Below, piece by piece: positions 1 through 14,249 of a stretch of 64,000 nucleotides of DNA (position 1 is the first letter of the stretch; each line of letters opens with the position of its first letter). Source of the DNA: the human T2T-CHM13v2.0 reference genome, Homo sapiens; NCBI RefSeq assembly GCF_009914755.1, contig NC_060927.1; one strand, given 5' to 3'. The notes under the pieces were generated by a model. That model ran no database searches and was not told the DNA's origin. It was given only the letters and a program-made list of their open reading frames with translations. The translations under genes and the position numbers were made by a program.

Positions 1-70
1 CCAACTACATGCCAGGAACTCTGTCAAATGTCCATCAGTAACTCAATCGTTCAAATCACCAGTGAGTTCA

Positions 71-378
<308 letters not shown>

Positions 379-947
379 TCACCAGTGAGTTCGATGTTTT
401 GGTTCTTCCTGAGCAGATGAGGCCACAATGACTCAGCAAGGCAATGAGATTTACCTAAATCGTAGGGCTGGGAAGGGAGCATGGCAGGATTTGGCCAATT
501 TGGGCTCACTCATTCCTTGTTCCCTCATGTTTTCCCCAGTAGAGGAAAAGAATGTTCCTGCTGCTCACTCCCCACTTCCTCTCCATCTCACCTCCCCTCA
601 GCCTTTCCTGCTCTGGGCACCAGGTACTGATGGTGAATGGTGTTCTGGGATGGAGCCCATGACCCTTACCTCCATAACCCTGCACCATCTATCAAGCCTT
701 CATTGGGAGGTCCCCCTCCCCATTCTCCCATTGCTCTCTTGGGTTTATCCATTCAGCCCTCTGATCCCAGGTCTGGCTCTACCTGAGAAGTTCCCTGCTA
801 CAGAGTTATTCTCCTAAGCCCTAGCCATCCACTCCTCCCCCTCCACCTGCTGGCTCCCAAATAAAGATAGCCTGGGTCTATGCTGAGGACTGGGCTTCAC
901 AGACCCTGCTAGCCAAGTTCCTGGCCACAGGACAGCATAGCCTGGCC

Positions 948-1425
948 CAGGAATCCTTAACCAAGGGTTACTAAAGAGAATTTGAAAGTTAGGTAGCTTT
1001 TAAACTTGAATAGAAATGACATTCTAATTTTCATGAACTTTTCACTGAAATTTGGCATTTTCTTCCATTTTGAATGGAAAAAAACAGTAGAATTCACATA
1101 CCTATAACTCTGTCATCAACAGAAGTCACAGATATTTTCACTTCCAATTCCAGTTATTGCTGAAATAGTGTTACATTCATCACAACTTCCAAATCATGAC
1201 CTACCACCAGCTGTTATTATTTTATTTATCAGCAAAGAAGCACATCTATTATAATAACAAAAATTTGCTTTTTAATATTTGGTCATTAAATTTTAATACA
1301 TTTGGGCTTTTTTCAGCCTATATATTTTATTTTATACATTTAAAAGCATTTTTCTGAGAAGGGATCCATGGGCTTTGTCAGATAGCCAAAGGGGTCTGTG
1401 GCACTCAAATAGTTAAAATCCCCTG
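948..1425 (-). mobile_element. hAT-Charlie non-autonomous DNA transposon (MER119/Charlie7-like)
   Basis: Degenerate terminal inverted repeats (CAGGAATCCTTAA ... TTAAAATCCCCTG) and a Charlie-type subterminal GGATCCATGGGCTTTGTCAGATAGCCAAAGGGG. The family name is from memory. Confidence 0.6.
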
Positions 1426-1449
1426 GTCCACAGGCTAAAGGGCAGTCAG

Positions 1450-1615
1450 TTAGGGTTGCATCTGAATCCTGCCCTCACCAGCTGAGTGGCCCAGGAAGTA
1501 GCTGCTGAGCGTCTACACCTCACAGATCTGTTGTGAGGCTCAAATGAGATGACACCTGCAACATACAGAGCACAGTGCCTAGCAGAGCCAGGCTCCCAGA
1601 TGCTAACCCTTCTTA
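1450..1615 (+). mobile_element. MIR SINE relic
   Basis: MIR 3' core TTGTGAGGCTCAAATGAGATGA...AGCACAGTGCCTAGCA. Confidence 0.7.
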
Positions 1616-2029
1616 TTGGTGGGCCATCCCGCCCTGTGGTGTCACTGACCTTACACAGTGCTCTATCATTCAGAGTTGGATCAGAGGCAGTTGGTGACTT
1701 CAAATTCACTCTTGGTACCCAGTGCTCTTAAGATCCTTCCAGGTACCCACAGATTGTCATGGAATGTTGCCCTCTCAGAAGCAAGGAGTTCACCATTTCC
1801 CCCCATCCAAGCCACTTGTCATCAATAAGCAATCCCTGCCCGATTTCCATGGGGCCATTTCTCTATCCAAAGAGGGAGTTTTTACCAGTGGACTTGGAGT
1901 CAGACTTTAGTTCTACCAGCAGTCACATCCTGTCCTGGAATAGTCACTAGTCTTGGTGAGTCCCTTCACCTCTCCACACCGCCATGGAAGCAGCCAGGAA
2001 ACCTCTGGCTTGTCCTCTTTTTATAATTT

Positions 2030-2220
2030 ACATTTTATTTTTTAAATTGACACATAATAATTATACATATTAATGCGTAATGTGATACATAGTGGTGTAT
2101 GTATCATAGTGATGTTTCCATGCATATAATGTGTAGTGATCAGATCAGGGTTCTTAGCATATACATCATCTAAAACATTGATCATTACTTTGTGTTGGGA
2201 ACATTCAATATCCTCCTTGT
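2030..2220 (-). mobile_element. L1MA-type LINE 3' end fragment
   Basis: TTTTTAAATTGACACATAATAATTATACATATT...TTTGTGTTGGGAACATTCAATATCCTC resembles an antisense L1MA 3'UTR. Confidence 0.7.
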
Positions 2221-2542
2221 TCTCTTCAACCGACTGTTGTGCAAAATAAATGAGAGAGAGAGAGTGCAAAGGCCCTATGAAAACTGTGAAGTGTGATGTA
2301 AATGTTTGCCACACACACCTCCCTCTCCCTCCTCTATGCCTTTGTGTTTGTTTTCTGCCAGCAGTACTTTTCTCTACCATATTTCTAGGCCTGACTCAAA
2401 TGGTGCCTCCCCCAGCAATATGCCCTGAAGAAGCCATCTGGGAGATATAATCATCCTCCACTTTCTCCTATCGCCCCTTTATTTACATCAGTCATTCAGC
2501 ACTCTTCACTCTCTACTTTACAGCTTGTCTTCCCTGCCAAGT

Positions 2543-2638
2543 AAGCATTCTGAGGGTAGGACCACTGTCTAATTTCACTTTGTATAAACAAAGCATTCTG
2601 AGGGTACAACCATTGTCTAATTTCACTTTGTAGAAACA
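2543..2638. repeat. 48-bp tandem duplication (2 copies)
   Basis: AAGCATTCTGAGGGTA...TGTCTAATTTCACTTTGTA.AAACA starts at 2543 and again at 2591. Confidence 0.9.
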
Positions 2639-2668
2639 AAACCTGTTGTATTATAGGTCCCTGCCTAC

Positions 2669-2739
2669 ATATATGAAAAAACTCATTAAAAATATATGAA
2701 AAAAACCATTAAAATATATGAAAAAAACTCATTAAAAAA
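2669..2739. repeat. ~23-bp minisatellite (3 copies)
   Basis: ATATATGAAAAAA(A)CTCATTAAAA occurs three times with small variations. Confidence 0.85.
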
Positions 2740-4759
2740 CCTTTTTCAAGATGTTGAAGATAATTCCTGCCCTACAGGAAGGTTAATGGGGACATAATAA
2801 ATAAAAACATGGGATAGCTCAAGTGCAAAAGCATTATCCAAACACCATACTCTGAGCTCTGAAGGAAAGGCAAACAGTGAACTCTGTGGGCTGGGGATGG
2901 GGGTGTGATATTGTAGGGAAGGCTTCCCGGAGGAGGTGACTATTGCCAAGAGATGAGTAAATGCTGGACTGATAATTTGAATAAAGCAGGAGGGATAGGT
3001 GAAGTACTAAGCATGGAGAATTACACAAAGAGAAGACCAAGACTGTGATACATCTATTCATTCTTTCATTTTCTCTTTCCATCAACAAATCTTTAGTGAA
3101 GACTTGTTCTGTCCCAGGAAGAGCCCTAGATAAACCCAGATAATGGAAGGCAACCGATGTGCCATGACAATTATTATTGTGACAGTAAGAGTGTAGCTGT
3201 GTCTGTAGTCCCTACCAAGGGCACCACTGATGCAGGAATTCTGGCTTGTCGAAACCTGGCAAATGCCATGTTTAGTGGGGGCTCCTCGTGAGCAGACCAT
3301 GTTTCTACATAGTGATAGGTGGTCATGGATGACACCAACAGACTTTTCATCCCTGGGTGACTTACAGGACACAGGGACACTGTGGAGGTTAATGGTCACT
3401 GCAGCTGTTACCCTTGACACAACACCTATGGCAGATGGTTTTAGATTCCTCCAAAGAAAGAAAGGCTCTTTCCTAATACACTTGTTTTGGGGTCCTTAAT
3501 TATCCATTTTCGTAACTAGTTGTTCTTCTGTTCCAACTACGCACCAGACATTTTCTGTTAGTCATCTCATTTAAAATGCTCAGAGACCCCATGTGAGGTG
3601 AATTTCTTCCCCCCACAGCTTACCAACAAGAAACAAAGACAGATGTTAAGTAGCTTTCCCAAGGTTACACAGTTTGTAAATGTAAAGCCAGGTTTTGGTG
3701 CAAAGCTAGTGTTTTGTTTTTGTTTTTTAACCACATAGTTCTATATTCATGCCTTTTCATGTTACACTTCTTGTATTAAAGCTTCTGGACATATGGGGTT
3801 GGTTGGAGGCATACTTCACGTGTACACACTTGTCACACCCAGAGAAAACATTCTAAAACTGAAGAAGAAAAATGCTGATCAGGTCTATGCTGGGAAAAGT
3901 AATATGAACCTAACGTTTCAGAATGGATTCTTTAGAATTCAAAAGGACTAATAATAAATATGATGTGGCCATTATTTTTGGTGAGCAATTAGAATAGCAT
4001 TATCTTGACAGAATTGAATTTCCATGAATGGAAGTAGGAAGAGTACTTCAGAATCTGGCACATCTTCACTTTTATGTTTGAAGTAAGCACTGGAAACAAT
4101 GTTTTCCTAAAAACTTCAAAAGCCCACTTATTGTTGGAAATTTGTTCACGGATATATGTAGCTGTTCTTTGGCACTGTTTCGTAGAAGCTTTAATATTCA
4201 ATTTCAGAGGCTCTCTAGCACAATCATACCAATTCAGTCTTCATTCATTCACGCATTTAAAGAATTAATTTAAAGTTGCGCAAAGAACCATTTGAAATCC
4301 ATAGGACTTGTAGCTCCCGCCAACCGAGTCATGAATATGCTTATATTGCTTTTCATAACAATGTGTTTGTTGAGCACAGATGTGTGTGTGCACAGTAGTA
4401 CAGATCTAAGTCTATGTGCATGCCCACATACACATATACACTTCTGCATTCATAGGTACATGTGCTGTGGGATTGCCTTCTAGAGGTTGATTCATTTATT
4501 AAATAAATATTACCTGGCACACCCCATGTGCATCTCTTCTAGACAATTGCATGGCATTCAAAGTATCCTCAGATCCAGTCTATTAAGGGAAAGAAGCCAG
4601 AGGAAAATAAAATGCTAAGTACCTAACTGAGAACTGCTATTACTTAATCTATGGCAAATGAGTGGTCAGAGTTGTAGAAAGAGAAATAATAGTACTCATG
4701 GCCTCATACTGGAAGAAGCTGTGTCTTTAGCTGCCAGTGCTAGCTGCCATCCCCCGAAC

Positions 4760-4930
4760 TCTCATCATGTGCCAGGCACTTTACAGACGTTATCTCTGGT
4801 TCACATCCTTCTTTCTAAGATGAGAAAGCAGACATTAAGGGACATACCTAAAGATACACAGAAGCTGTGGACAGAAGCAGAATCCACACCCAGTTCTGCA
4901 GGCTGCAAAGTCCTCACACTTTCCACTCCA
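4760..4930 (-). mobile_element. MIR SINE relic
   Basis: CATGTGCCAGGCACTTTACA...AGATGAGAAAGCAGACATTAAG...CCTAAAGATACACAG. Confidence 0.65.
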
Positions 4931-5669
4931 CCCATTACTCCTCTTCACTCTTTTACTCCCTTTCACTCCTCAGAAAAAGAAGGAGGCTTTCCTGTAATGG
5001 AACAAACTAAGGCTCATGGCCAGTGCTACGCTTTCCCTGCTTGTGGCCTCCATAGGACACACACATGGATGCCAGGAGATGGAGCAGAGTGGCAAGTTTG
5101 GGAGGATGCTAATAAGAGGGGAGAAATTCCATACTGGAAATAAGCTGAGCTAGGAGGGGCTGGGCAGGCATTACCAGAGAAGCCTGTTCATGTCAGGGAC
5201 TTTGCTCTGTGCAGGCAGGCACACATGGTGGGTCACGAGGCGCTCCCTCAGCCTTGGAACCCTCCACGTCTCTCATGGCCCTAGGAAAGACCTAGGCTCA
5301 ACACAAACTGAAATAAAAATGTAAGGCCCCGTCATGGGATCTCTGGGGCTATGATGGTGGACCAGCAGCCTACACAGCAATAGGTGGCTCTCTGATATCC
5401 TATATTCACACCTCCCATAGATAGTACTGTCAGTGATTCGTGATATTGTATATATTGATGCACACACATTTTCATATACATGTTAGAGATAAGAGTGGTT
5501 GACATCACTAGAAGACAGCTTGTTTATAAAACAACATCCTTCTGATAAATTTTTGAGGTAAAAACTGGCTTTGGGAGTAGAATTTATTATTTCTATTGTT
5601 AAATCCGAATAATGTTAATTTTTCTTGCTAAAGTACTTAAGTGCCCTTATTTTGTTTTTACTAGGCATA

Positions 5670-5979
5670 TTTTGTTGTTGTTGTTGTTGTTGTCATTTTT
5701 GAGACAGAGTCTCGCTTTGTCACCCAGGCTGGAGTGCAGTAGTGTGATCTCGGCTCACTGTAACCTCCCCTCCCAGGTTCAAGCAATTCTCCTGCCTCAG
5801 CCTCCCCAGTAGCTGGGACTACAGGCGTGTGCCACCACATCCAGCTAATTTTTGTATTTTTAGTAGAGATGGGGTTTCACTATGTTGGCCAGACTGCTCT
5901 CGAACTCCTGACCTCAAATGATCTGGCTGTCTTGGCCTCCCAAAATGCTGGGTACAGACGTGAGCCACTGCACCTGGCC
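5670..5979 (-). mobile_element. AluS (Sx/Sz-like) with (TTG)n tail-derived repeat
   Basis: Antisense Alu from GAGACAGAGTCTCGC to CACCTGGCC, preceded by (TTG)n. Confidence 0.92.
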
Positions 5980-6317
5980 TGTTGTTGTTTTTAAAGGAGT
6001 AGGAGTTGATTTTGTAAAAGAGCTATTAATGGTGTCCTTCATATTAAATGATGATTGTTTGATGCCTTAGATCTCAGAAAATTTAGTTTAATAATCCAAC
6101 TTAACACCTCACATCATAAGGTGAGAATGTTTAAGTCATTTGCATAAGTGCCCAGTGAAGCAGTGGTGGGAACTCCTGACCAGCACAATGCTGGCTGGGC
6201 GTTATGGCAGAGCAATGGCTGTGAAGAAAGCATGACCGAAGAGTGCTTTTCTCCTCCTCTTTCTCTTCCTCCTTTGCTTTATTCTTATTCTCCAAGAAAA
6301 GTGAAGCACTAGACTTT

Positions 6318-7120
<803 letters not shown>

Positions 7121-7269
7121 TTTTAACATAAGTAAAACACCTGGCACATTGGGTACATAGTAAGTACTCACTAAATGTAAAAAATGTCAATAAATGTCAG
7201 ATTCTTCCTCTCCTCCCTTTCCTAGGCCAGTTGGGTAACTGAAATTTGTATATGAAATGTCTTTACCAT

Positions 7270-7762
7270 GCGTCAGTTCCTCTCCTCTAGGAAAGGTGAG
7301 AACCAGAGAGAAGGCAGGCTTGACCCCACTGTGTGCTCCCAAAAGGTAATCTCTGTGGCATGTGACAACAGGCTGGCTCTTTGCTGTGTGTTCTGGTTGG
7401 GTTTGGTCTGTGGGGCAGTAGCAGGAGTTCAGAGGGCAGGAGGAGAGTGAGATGGGGTATTTGCTCTGAGCTGACTCCCCCCTACGTTTGGTTGACATGG
7501 GCTGGCTGCCTCCCCCAATGCAGGCCCTTGCATGCAGCCCTGTTCACAGCAGCAGCCCTCCCTGGTTCTTGCCCCTGCTCCTCTCCTTGCGCCCCTTCAG
7601 GCTGAGGGGCATGATGGTGCCTCCATGCTGCCTATCCAGGGATTTGCACTTTCTGTTATTGGTTTCCACAAATCCTGCTTATAACCCTGTAAACTGTTTC
7701 TTTATTTAACTCTCCTCAATTACCCATTTTGTGTCACTCTCTCACCAGGGTCTTGACCGATA
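7270..7762 (+). mobile_element. Old ERVL-class solo LTR (LTR33/LTR16-like)
   Basis: 3' end CTTTATTTAACTCTCCTCAATTACCCATTTTGTGT...GGGTCTTGACCGATA resembles an ERVL LTR U5. The body is GC-richer than the flanks. Confidence 0.5.
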
Positions 7763-8361
7763 ATGTCCCCTATATAAATTTGGATACAGAAGAATTGAAA
7801 GGGGCTTCTAACAGGTCAGGTAGTCAAATAGCATCTATTGAATTGTGACCTAATAGGATGGTTTCATATGTTTAGAGGATGAATCACTGTAGCAGAAACT
7901 TCTATGCTACTGTTCTCTGTCTTTCTAACGCTCTTCAGAATGACCTTTGCAGGCTTTCCATTTATTTTAATGATGCTACCATTACACAAAATATTTTTGG
8001 AATTCTAGAATCCCTGCTTGAAAATTATATTTAGAGACAGTTTAACTTATAGTGATCTTACCAAACTTGATTCCTCCTCTCTTCACCAACCTGAGTTTTG
8101 AATCACTTTCAACTATTTCCAAAATCAAATTCAACTTCAAAGAGTGAAGCTTTTACTGGTGATATTTAGACCAACAAGGCATAGTTTCCACAAGAATTTT
8201 TTTAGAAATGAAAGAAAAGAGAGAGTTCTGGAAGTGTTAAGCCACAGCAAAATTTGAAATAAGTATAGAGCATACATAGGTGGCTACTTTAAGATGGACT
8301 GGATTCATTTACATGCATAGATTCTTCTGTGTTTTTTAAAAATTTGTCATTAGACCATAAT

Positions 8362-8612
8362 AACATAGTGTTTTATAATTCAGGTTCTAAGGTCAGACTG
8401 TCTGGATTTAAATGCCGGCTTCATCAAGTATTATCTGTGTGTGACCTTAGGCAAGCTGGCTAACCTCTCTCTGCCTGGAGTTTCTCATCTGTAAAATGCA
8501 GACAATAAGAGTACCAATGTTGTAGGGTGTTCTAATAATTAAATAAATTAGTATTTGTAAAGCATTTTACATTGTGCTAGAACATAGGAGGAAATCAATT
8601 ATTAGCTATTGC
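8362..8612 (+). mobile_element. MIR SINE, near full length
   Basis: GTCAGACTGTCTGGATTTAAAT...TGTGACCTTAGGCAAG...AGTTTCTCATCTGTAAAATG. Confidence 0.85.
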
Positions 8613-9135
8613 ATCATAGGTCTTGATTAATGACCATTAATTTTCAGCAAATTGGCGCTGTAACTATATTTTTATATTCTTAAATCTTACTAATTTAGTT
8701 GATGGTTGTTATCTTCATTAGGCACTACTAAGATGTAAAAGCAAGATTTGTTCAGAGATGAATAAAGTGAAGAAATATATTTATATTTACTTTTTTGTTT
8801 TTACAACCAAAAATTGAGTGTCCTTTGAAAAGAAAAAAGTCTCTGAAGGCTAAGGTTTCTGACAACATTCAACTAAATAAGCCCCAAGGCTGGGAAAGGA
8901 ATTAGAGTGGGCTAATTCACCAACTGTTATGGACCTCAGTCCCTCACATATATCCAAGCACAGAGAGAAAAGTGAGAAATATCATTACCAAGTGTATATG
9001 TTACAGTAAAATGACATACATAGAATTTTTTTTTCTAAATGTTTCAAATAAACACAACATTTTCTAATTATTCAATGACAGGTTTTACCTTTAAATTTCT
9101 AAGCTGTAGCACACTCCTGGGCTATAAGTAAATAT

Positions 9136-9136
<1 letters not shown>

Positions 9137-9166
<30 letters not shown>
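9137..9166. repeat. (CA)15 microsatellite
   Basis: Read directly from the sequence. Confidence 0.97.
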
Positions 9167-9169
<3 letters not shown>

Positions 9170-9224
9170 TTTTAACTATTATACAGTCAAATTAAGTTGG
9201 CTGGAACTACTGAGTAATCCCATG

Positions 9225-9720
9225 AATTAATGAGGTAAACATTTGCCCCCACTGGGATGTGGAAGACTTCCAGGACTCCCAAGCTTACACCTGCAGAAAC
9301 CGATGATTCACCTCTGAGTCACTCGGCAAACGTTAGCAAGGAGAAGCCAGCTGGGATACAAGGGATGCACTTGGCTGCTGGCTCTCTCTCGCTCTCCTGG
9401 AATAATGACATTAATGACACTTCCAAACAGCTCACCCAGTCACAAAGTGGGAGATTACAAAATCCATGTGGCAGCTGATTTCCTAATAGGAGGCATTAAA
9501 CAGGACATTGCATGTTTTATGGGCTAGGGTTGATTAGACTATAAGACTTAAAATATGTAGCTAAAGTGGTTGAAAAATAGGCCTTGGAAGTTCAGATCAA
9601 AGCATTACAGAGGGGTGATTAGATAAATAAAAAGTTTAAGCCTAACTGAGCAAATAATTGCACATCCCCTGAAAAGCTCAGTTCACAGGGATTGATCAAA
9701 TGTGAGTCACCCCAGGCACA
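9225..9720. promoter_or_regulatory. Candidate enhancer (AP-1 and forkhead motifs)
   Basis: Non-repetitive. Contains GTAAACA (9235-9241), TGATTCA (9304), TGAGTCA (9315 and ~9703) and E-boxes. Motif evidence only. Confidence 0.3.
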
Positions 9721-11847
9721 GATGTCTTTCTAAGAATATTTCTTTTAATTTTTTTAATGTACATCAAAAGAAAAAAAAATCTGGGCACTGACCAGCAAAT
9801 ACTCCTGTTTGTATAAGAAAAGCCTCTTTAAGATACTGACAAATATATATATATATATATATTCCTCATTGTTTAAATAGGCCATTTTTTTTCCTTTCTC
9901 TTCCTTCTCAGTCTATAGTAAAAGGTTTTACCTGTTTTAACACAGATTGATAGAGCTCATCTAAGAAAATTCTAAAATATTTCTGGAGTCTTATCTTGTC
10001 CATTATTATATAGAAGTTAGATTCAGGTTTATGTTAAAAGCATGTACTGATATTTTTTTCCTAAAGAAAAATATACCACTGGAGAGACTTATCTTCATCT
10101 AGTTAAAAAACAAAAACATTTGCTAAGCTTATTTGTGCATTGGTATGTGCCAGACAGAACTTATCTCATTTAATCCCCATGAAAATGCTCAAAGGCAGGT
10201 TTTCATATTTCTGTTTTATATGTGATGAAATGGAAGCACACTTACAGATTAAATAACCTGTCCAAAATTGCAAGGCTGGGAATTGGCAACGCGGAGCATG
10301 AGCCAAGACCTAACAGTGGGCTTTTCCAGCCTAAGATCACTTCTTACAGTCATTCTCTAGCGTCCACAAATCTGCAGTACTACCTAGATTTCAAACATTT
10401 CTATGAGCTGATCTTCACTGCTTTTTTTGAGGCAAGACCCCAGTATTATTTCTTATTTTGCAAAAAACAATCTGACGTAGAGATCACGGCTTTCCAAAAA
10501 CTACATAATAATACCAGACAGATGAACACGTTGATGTGCACTCACAGCCATTAGGTTTCAAGTCTGTGATTTGGCCATCAGCCCCTGTGGCCGGGTGACC
10601 AGGCAAAATATTTTGGTAGCTGGATTTCTTGGTGAGCTCTTGTCCCTGCCCCAGAATCAGCAGTTTCTTTGGGAGCAACATTTGTCTTATTATAATAAAC
10701 CCAAGAAAATGGTGATCAGAATTATTATTGATGATATTTGACAACTTATTTACATACCACTCATAGCTAACACTCTTTTTCTGGTATTAACACTTCATTT
10801 GTTAGAAATTTTTTACTCAGAAGTTTTAACAATGTTAAAAACCAGAATTTTGATAATTCATTCCACCAAATCAAAGAAAATAAACATGTCTGCTTTCACA
10901 TATGTTACCATGAAGATTTGTCAAGAAATATCTAAATAACCTCAAGAAAAATTAGGGGAAAAAATAAACATATTTTGAAAACGTAATTGTGGGGCAATTC
11001 CTTTCTCTTTTTTCATTTTTATTATTATAAAATATCTAAAACAGAGCCATGTACCTTTAACTCATACCAAATCAATAACAGATATCATCTTTCAATTTTC
11101 TGCCTTACCTACCTCTTGGCTTAATATGTTCTGTACATTGCTTCCCATTCACAGAAAGGGTGCAGGGCTGGGTTTTGTTTGTTTGTTTGTTTGTTTGTTT
11201 GTGCAGAGATGATCATAGATTGAGCTACATGTATGCAACAGTTTTGACAAGGAACCAGAGAAGTAGCTGGCCAGCCGCCTGTGGTACATGCGGTCTCACT
11301 CATATGAGCTGGCTTTCTACCAATTTCTAGAACTGGAAATACTCAAAGACAGAGCAGATCAGTGGAGACAAGCAGAATGTAGGTTGGTGTTCCTTGTAGG
11401 GCTGCACCCCAAAAGAACAAGCAGAGGAATCAGGTGAAGAGGGAAGCAGGCCGATAAAGGATGAGAGACACACAGAGATGAGGGGGATCGTGCAGCCTCG
11501 TGGAAAGAAATGTTTTCTTGATTACCGACTACCTTCTAGGTGCCTGTTCTATGAGACCTGCCCATAATTCCCACCTATGGGTCCAATGACATTTCCTGTA
11601 TTTTCACACTAACAGCACCCAGGAATACCTTGATTTTTCTACTTGAAAGCTAGTTTGGGTTCTAACACTCTTTCTGAAGTTTGTTTACTCAAATATTTCT
11701 GCAACAGGTTGTTGCTTTATATTTCAATTTCCCCTCAGACAGAAAGGGGCAGGGAAACAGCTTAGCACACAGAAACTTTGAGAAAGTTGCTAAGCTCCCT
11801 GAGCCTCAGTTTCTTCACTGATAAAATGGTATTAGCTCATAGGGTAT

Positions 11848-12220
11848 TGTCTTAGTTCACTTCGGCTGCTGCAACAAAACACCACAGACTGGGTTGCTTA
11901 AACAACAAAAATTTATTTCTCACAGATCTGGAGGCTTGAAGTCCAAGATCAAAGTACTGGCCACTTCAGTCCCTGGTGAGTTCTGTCTTCTTCCTAGCTT
12001 GCACATGGCCATCTTCCTGCTGTATCCTCACATGGCAGGACAGAGAGGAGAGAGAGAGAGCGAGCTCTGGTCTCATTTTATAAGGGCACCAATCTCATCG
12101 TGAGGGCATCATGTAAACCTTATTACCTCCCAAAGGCCCTGCCTCTTTATACCATTGCATTGGGAGTTAGGGCATTGACATGGGAATTTGGGGGAGGACA
12201 TAAACAGTCAGACCATAACA
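11848..12220 (-). mobile_element. MLT1A-type MaLR solo LTR inserted in a MIR
   Basis: TGTCTTAGTT...GACCATAACA ends with a 5-bp TSD GGTAT/GGTAC. MIR sequence lies on both sides (GAGCCTCAGTTTCTTCACTGATAAAATGG; CATAAATGTTAGTCATTATT). Confidence 0.88.
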
Positions 12221-12877
12221 GGTACCACCAGTAAAGCAACTGGCAAGAGCTCCATAAATGTTAGTCATTATTACTGTCACTCAGATACCAAACTTAAGGA
12301 AACAGATGATATTACAATAAAGAGCGTCTGTGTACCCATCTTGACAAATATCAAGAGACAAGCATTTATTGTGCCAGATGCTGAAAGACACAAATAAGAA
12401 TAAGGCAAAGTTGCTTCCCCTCAAGGAGCCCCTGGTCTCCTGTGCTCTTTGGAAGACTCTGCTCCAGAAGACATCCTGCTCTCCTTGAGGACCACCCTCT
12501 GTTTTGCAGGGAAGGTGACTAGCTATGGAAAAACATCCATGACAGGCCTGGAACACACACCTGTTGCACAACTATAAAAGCCATTAGACAGAAGTCATTA
12601 GACAAGCATTCAAATTCCAGTTGTTGTAGTTACTGCCTGTGACTTTGGCCAAGTCACTTAACCTTGTTCAGTTCAGCTTTCTTCTCTATGGAATAGGAAT
12701 AATATTTATTCATTTTTTACTTTAAAATGTTCATGTTTTTATTACTATTGCATCAAAAAAGATGCTTATCTTGCACTTTACAGTGTGGTGCCTAAGAAGG
12801 AGACAGCTGTGCACAGCATGGGGACTGCAGAGTCCATGGGGTGAATGTGGAATCATCACCACCACCATCATCATTAT

Positions 12878-13251
12878 TGTATTAGTTCATTCTCACCTGC
12901 CATAAAGATACTACCTGAGACTGGGTAATTTATAAACAAAGGAGGTTTAATTGACTCACAGTCCCACATGGCTGGGGAAGCCTCAGGAAACTTACAATCA
13001 TGGCAGAAGGGGAAGCAGGCACCTTCTTAACAGGGCAGCAGGAGAGAGTGTGAGTGTGTGAAGGAGAAACTGTCAAACACTTACAAAACCATCAGATTTT
13101 TCACTCACATAAGAACTCACTTGCTAGCATGAGAACAGTATGGGGGAAACCACTCCCATGATCCAATCACCTCCCTCCCACGACCTGTGGGGATTACAGG
13201 TTCCTCCCTTGAGATGAGATGTGGGTGGGGACACAGAGCCAAACCATATCA
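12878..13251 (-). mobile_element. MSTA-type MaLR solo LTR
   Basis: TGTATTAGTTCATTCTCAC...GGGGACACAGAGCCAAACCATATCA with a 5-bp TSD ATTAT/ATCAT. Confidence 0.9.
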
Positions 13252-13936
13252 ATCATGATTTACTGTATATCATACCCCATATATGTCATATCTAACAACT
13301 ACAACCCTAATTTGCAGAGTTATTGTGAGAATTAAATGAAATGTATGTAAAATCAGCTATCTGTAGTTATCTCATACAAGGACTCAATAAATGTTCTTAA
13401 AATAAACATAACCAAATCAAGCATAGTCCCTTCTTGTCTGGAGGGTATGTGAGGAGAAAGGTTCTGCCCTATCAACACATTTATCTGTAACAACGGGCAG
13501 AGCTCAATAAATTGCCATAATATACTGAGGCTGTGGCTCCATGAAGACAAACTTACAAGCAGAGTGGCCGTGCATGGTGAACTTCTGTCCTTGTCCTCAG
13601 GGATCCACCAGCTGGGGGTCCTTGCAAGTCGCAGTGTTAACATTTAATGTGCTCTGGCACCAAAGATAAAGCAAACATGAAAAGTTTTTCCAGTGCTACC
13701 TAGGTTTTCACTGATTGCTTTAGAAATCATCCACATATTAAAAATGAAAAACAAAACACAGCAAGTCTAAAATAGGGTTAGTTCCTTCTCCCCTAAAGCA
13801 TTTTTCCACATTCTCTTTGTCTCATGGAAATGAAGATTCAAAGGAAAGTTTCAGAAGTGATACATGCCCATTTTTTTCCCTAAATTTAGATTTGAACCTC
13901 AATGAATACTAATGGAGAGAGTGAGCCAATATAAAA

Positions 13937-14110
13937 TAGTGTTTTTCAAAGACTGATAGAGTACCCTTCTCAGAATCAATTGACGTCTTTGTTAAAAATG
14001 TAGATTCCAGACTAGTTATCTTGACCCTCTGGGGAGGAGGCCCTGGAATCCCCACGTTTAACAGGCTTCCTGGAGGACTGACTCTCACACAAAGATACTG
14101 GAGAAACTCT
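13937..14110. mobile_element. MER5-type hAT-Charlie element
   Basis: AGTGTTTTTCAAA...TTGTTAAAAATGTAGATTCC...GGCCCTGGAATC...TTTAACAGGCTTCC...GAGAAACTCTG. Confidence 0.65.
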
Positions 14111-14249
14111 GATGAATGAGGATGAAATTTTCTGAACTTATTTTGCCTGCAAACAACACCAGCTAATTTTTAAAACAAAGCAATAACAGGTTGAATTAAA
14201 ATTGACAAATGAGAAGACGGAGTACCTAAAAACATTTCTGATTGAAATT

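Noticed and set aside
2543-2739. Short repeated units as a CRISPR-like array
   Set aside because: The copies are head-to-tail with no unique spacers, in human DNA with no cas genes.
4658-5143. Longest non-L1 ORF (161 aa)
   Set aside because: It overlaps a MIR relic and has no recognisable domain or supporting gene structure.
13557-13620. Possible exon (minus-strand CTT|gtaagt donor; plus-strand acceptor at ~13600)
   Set aside because: The minus-strand acceptor has a poor pyrimidine tract, and the signals on the two strands conflict.
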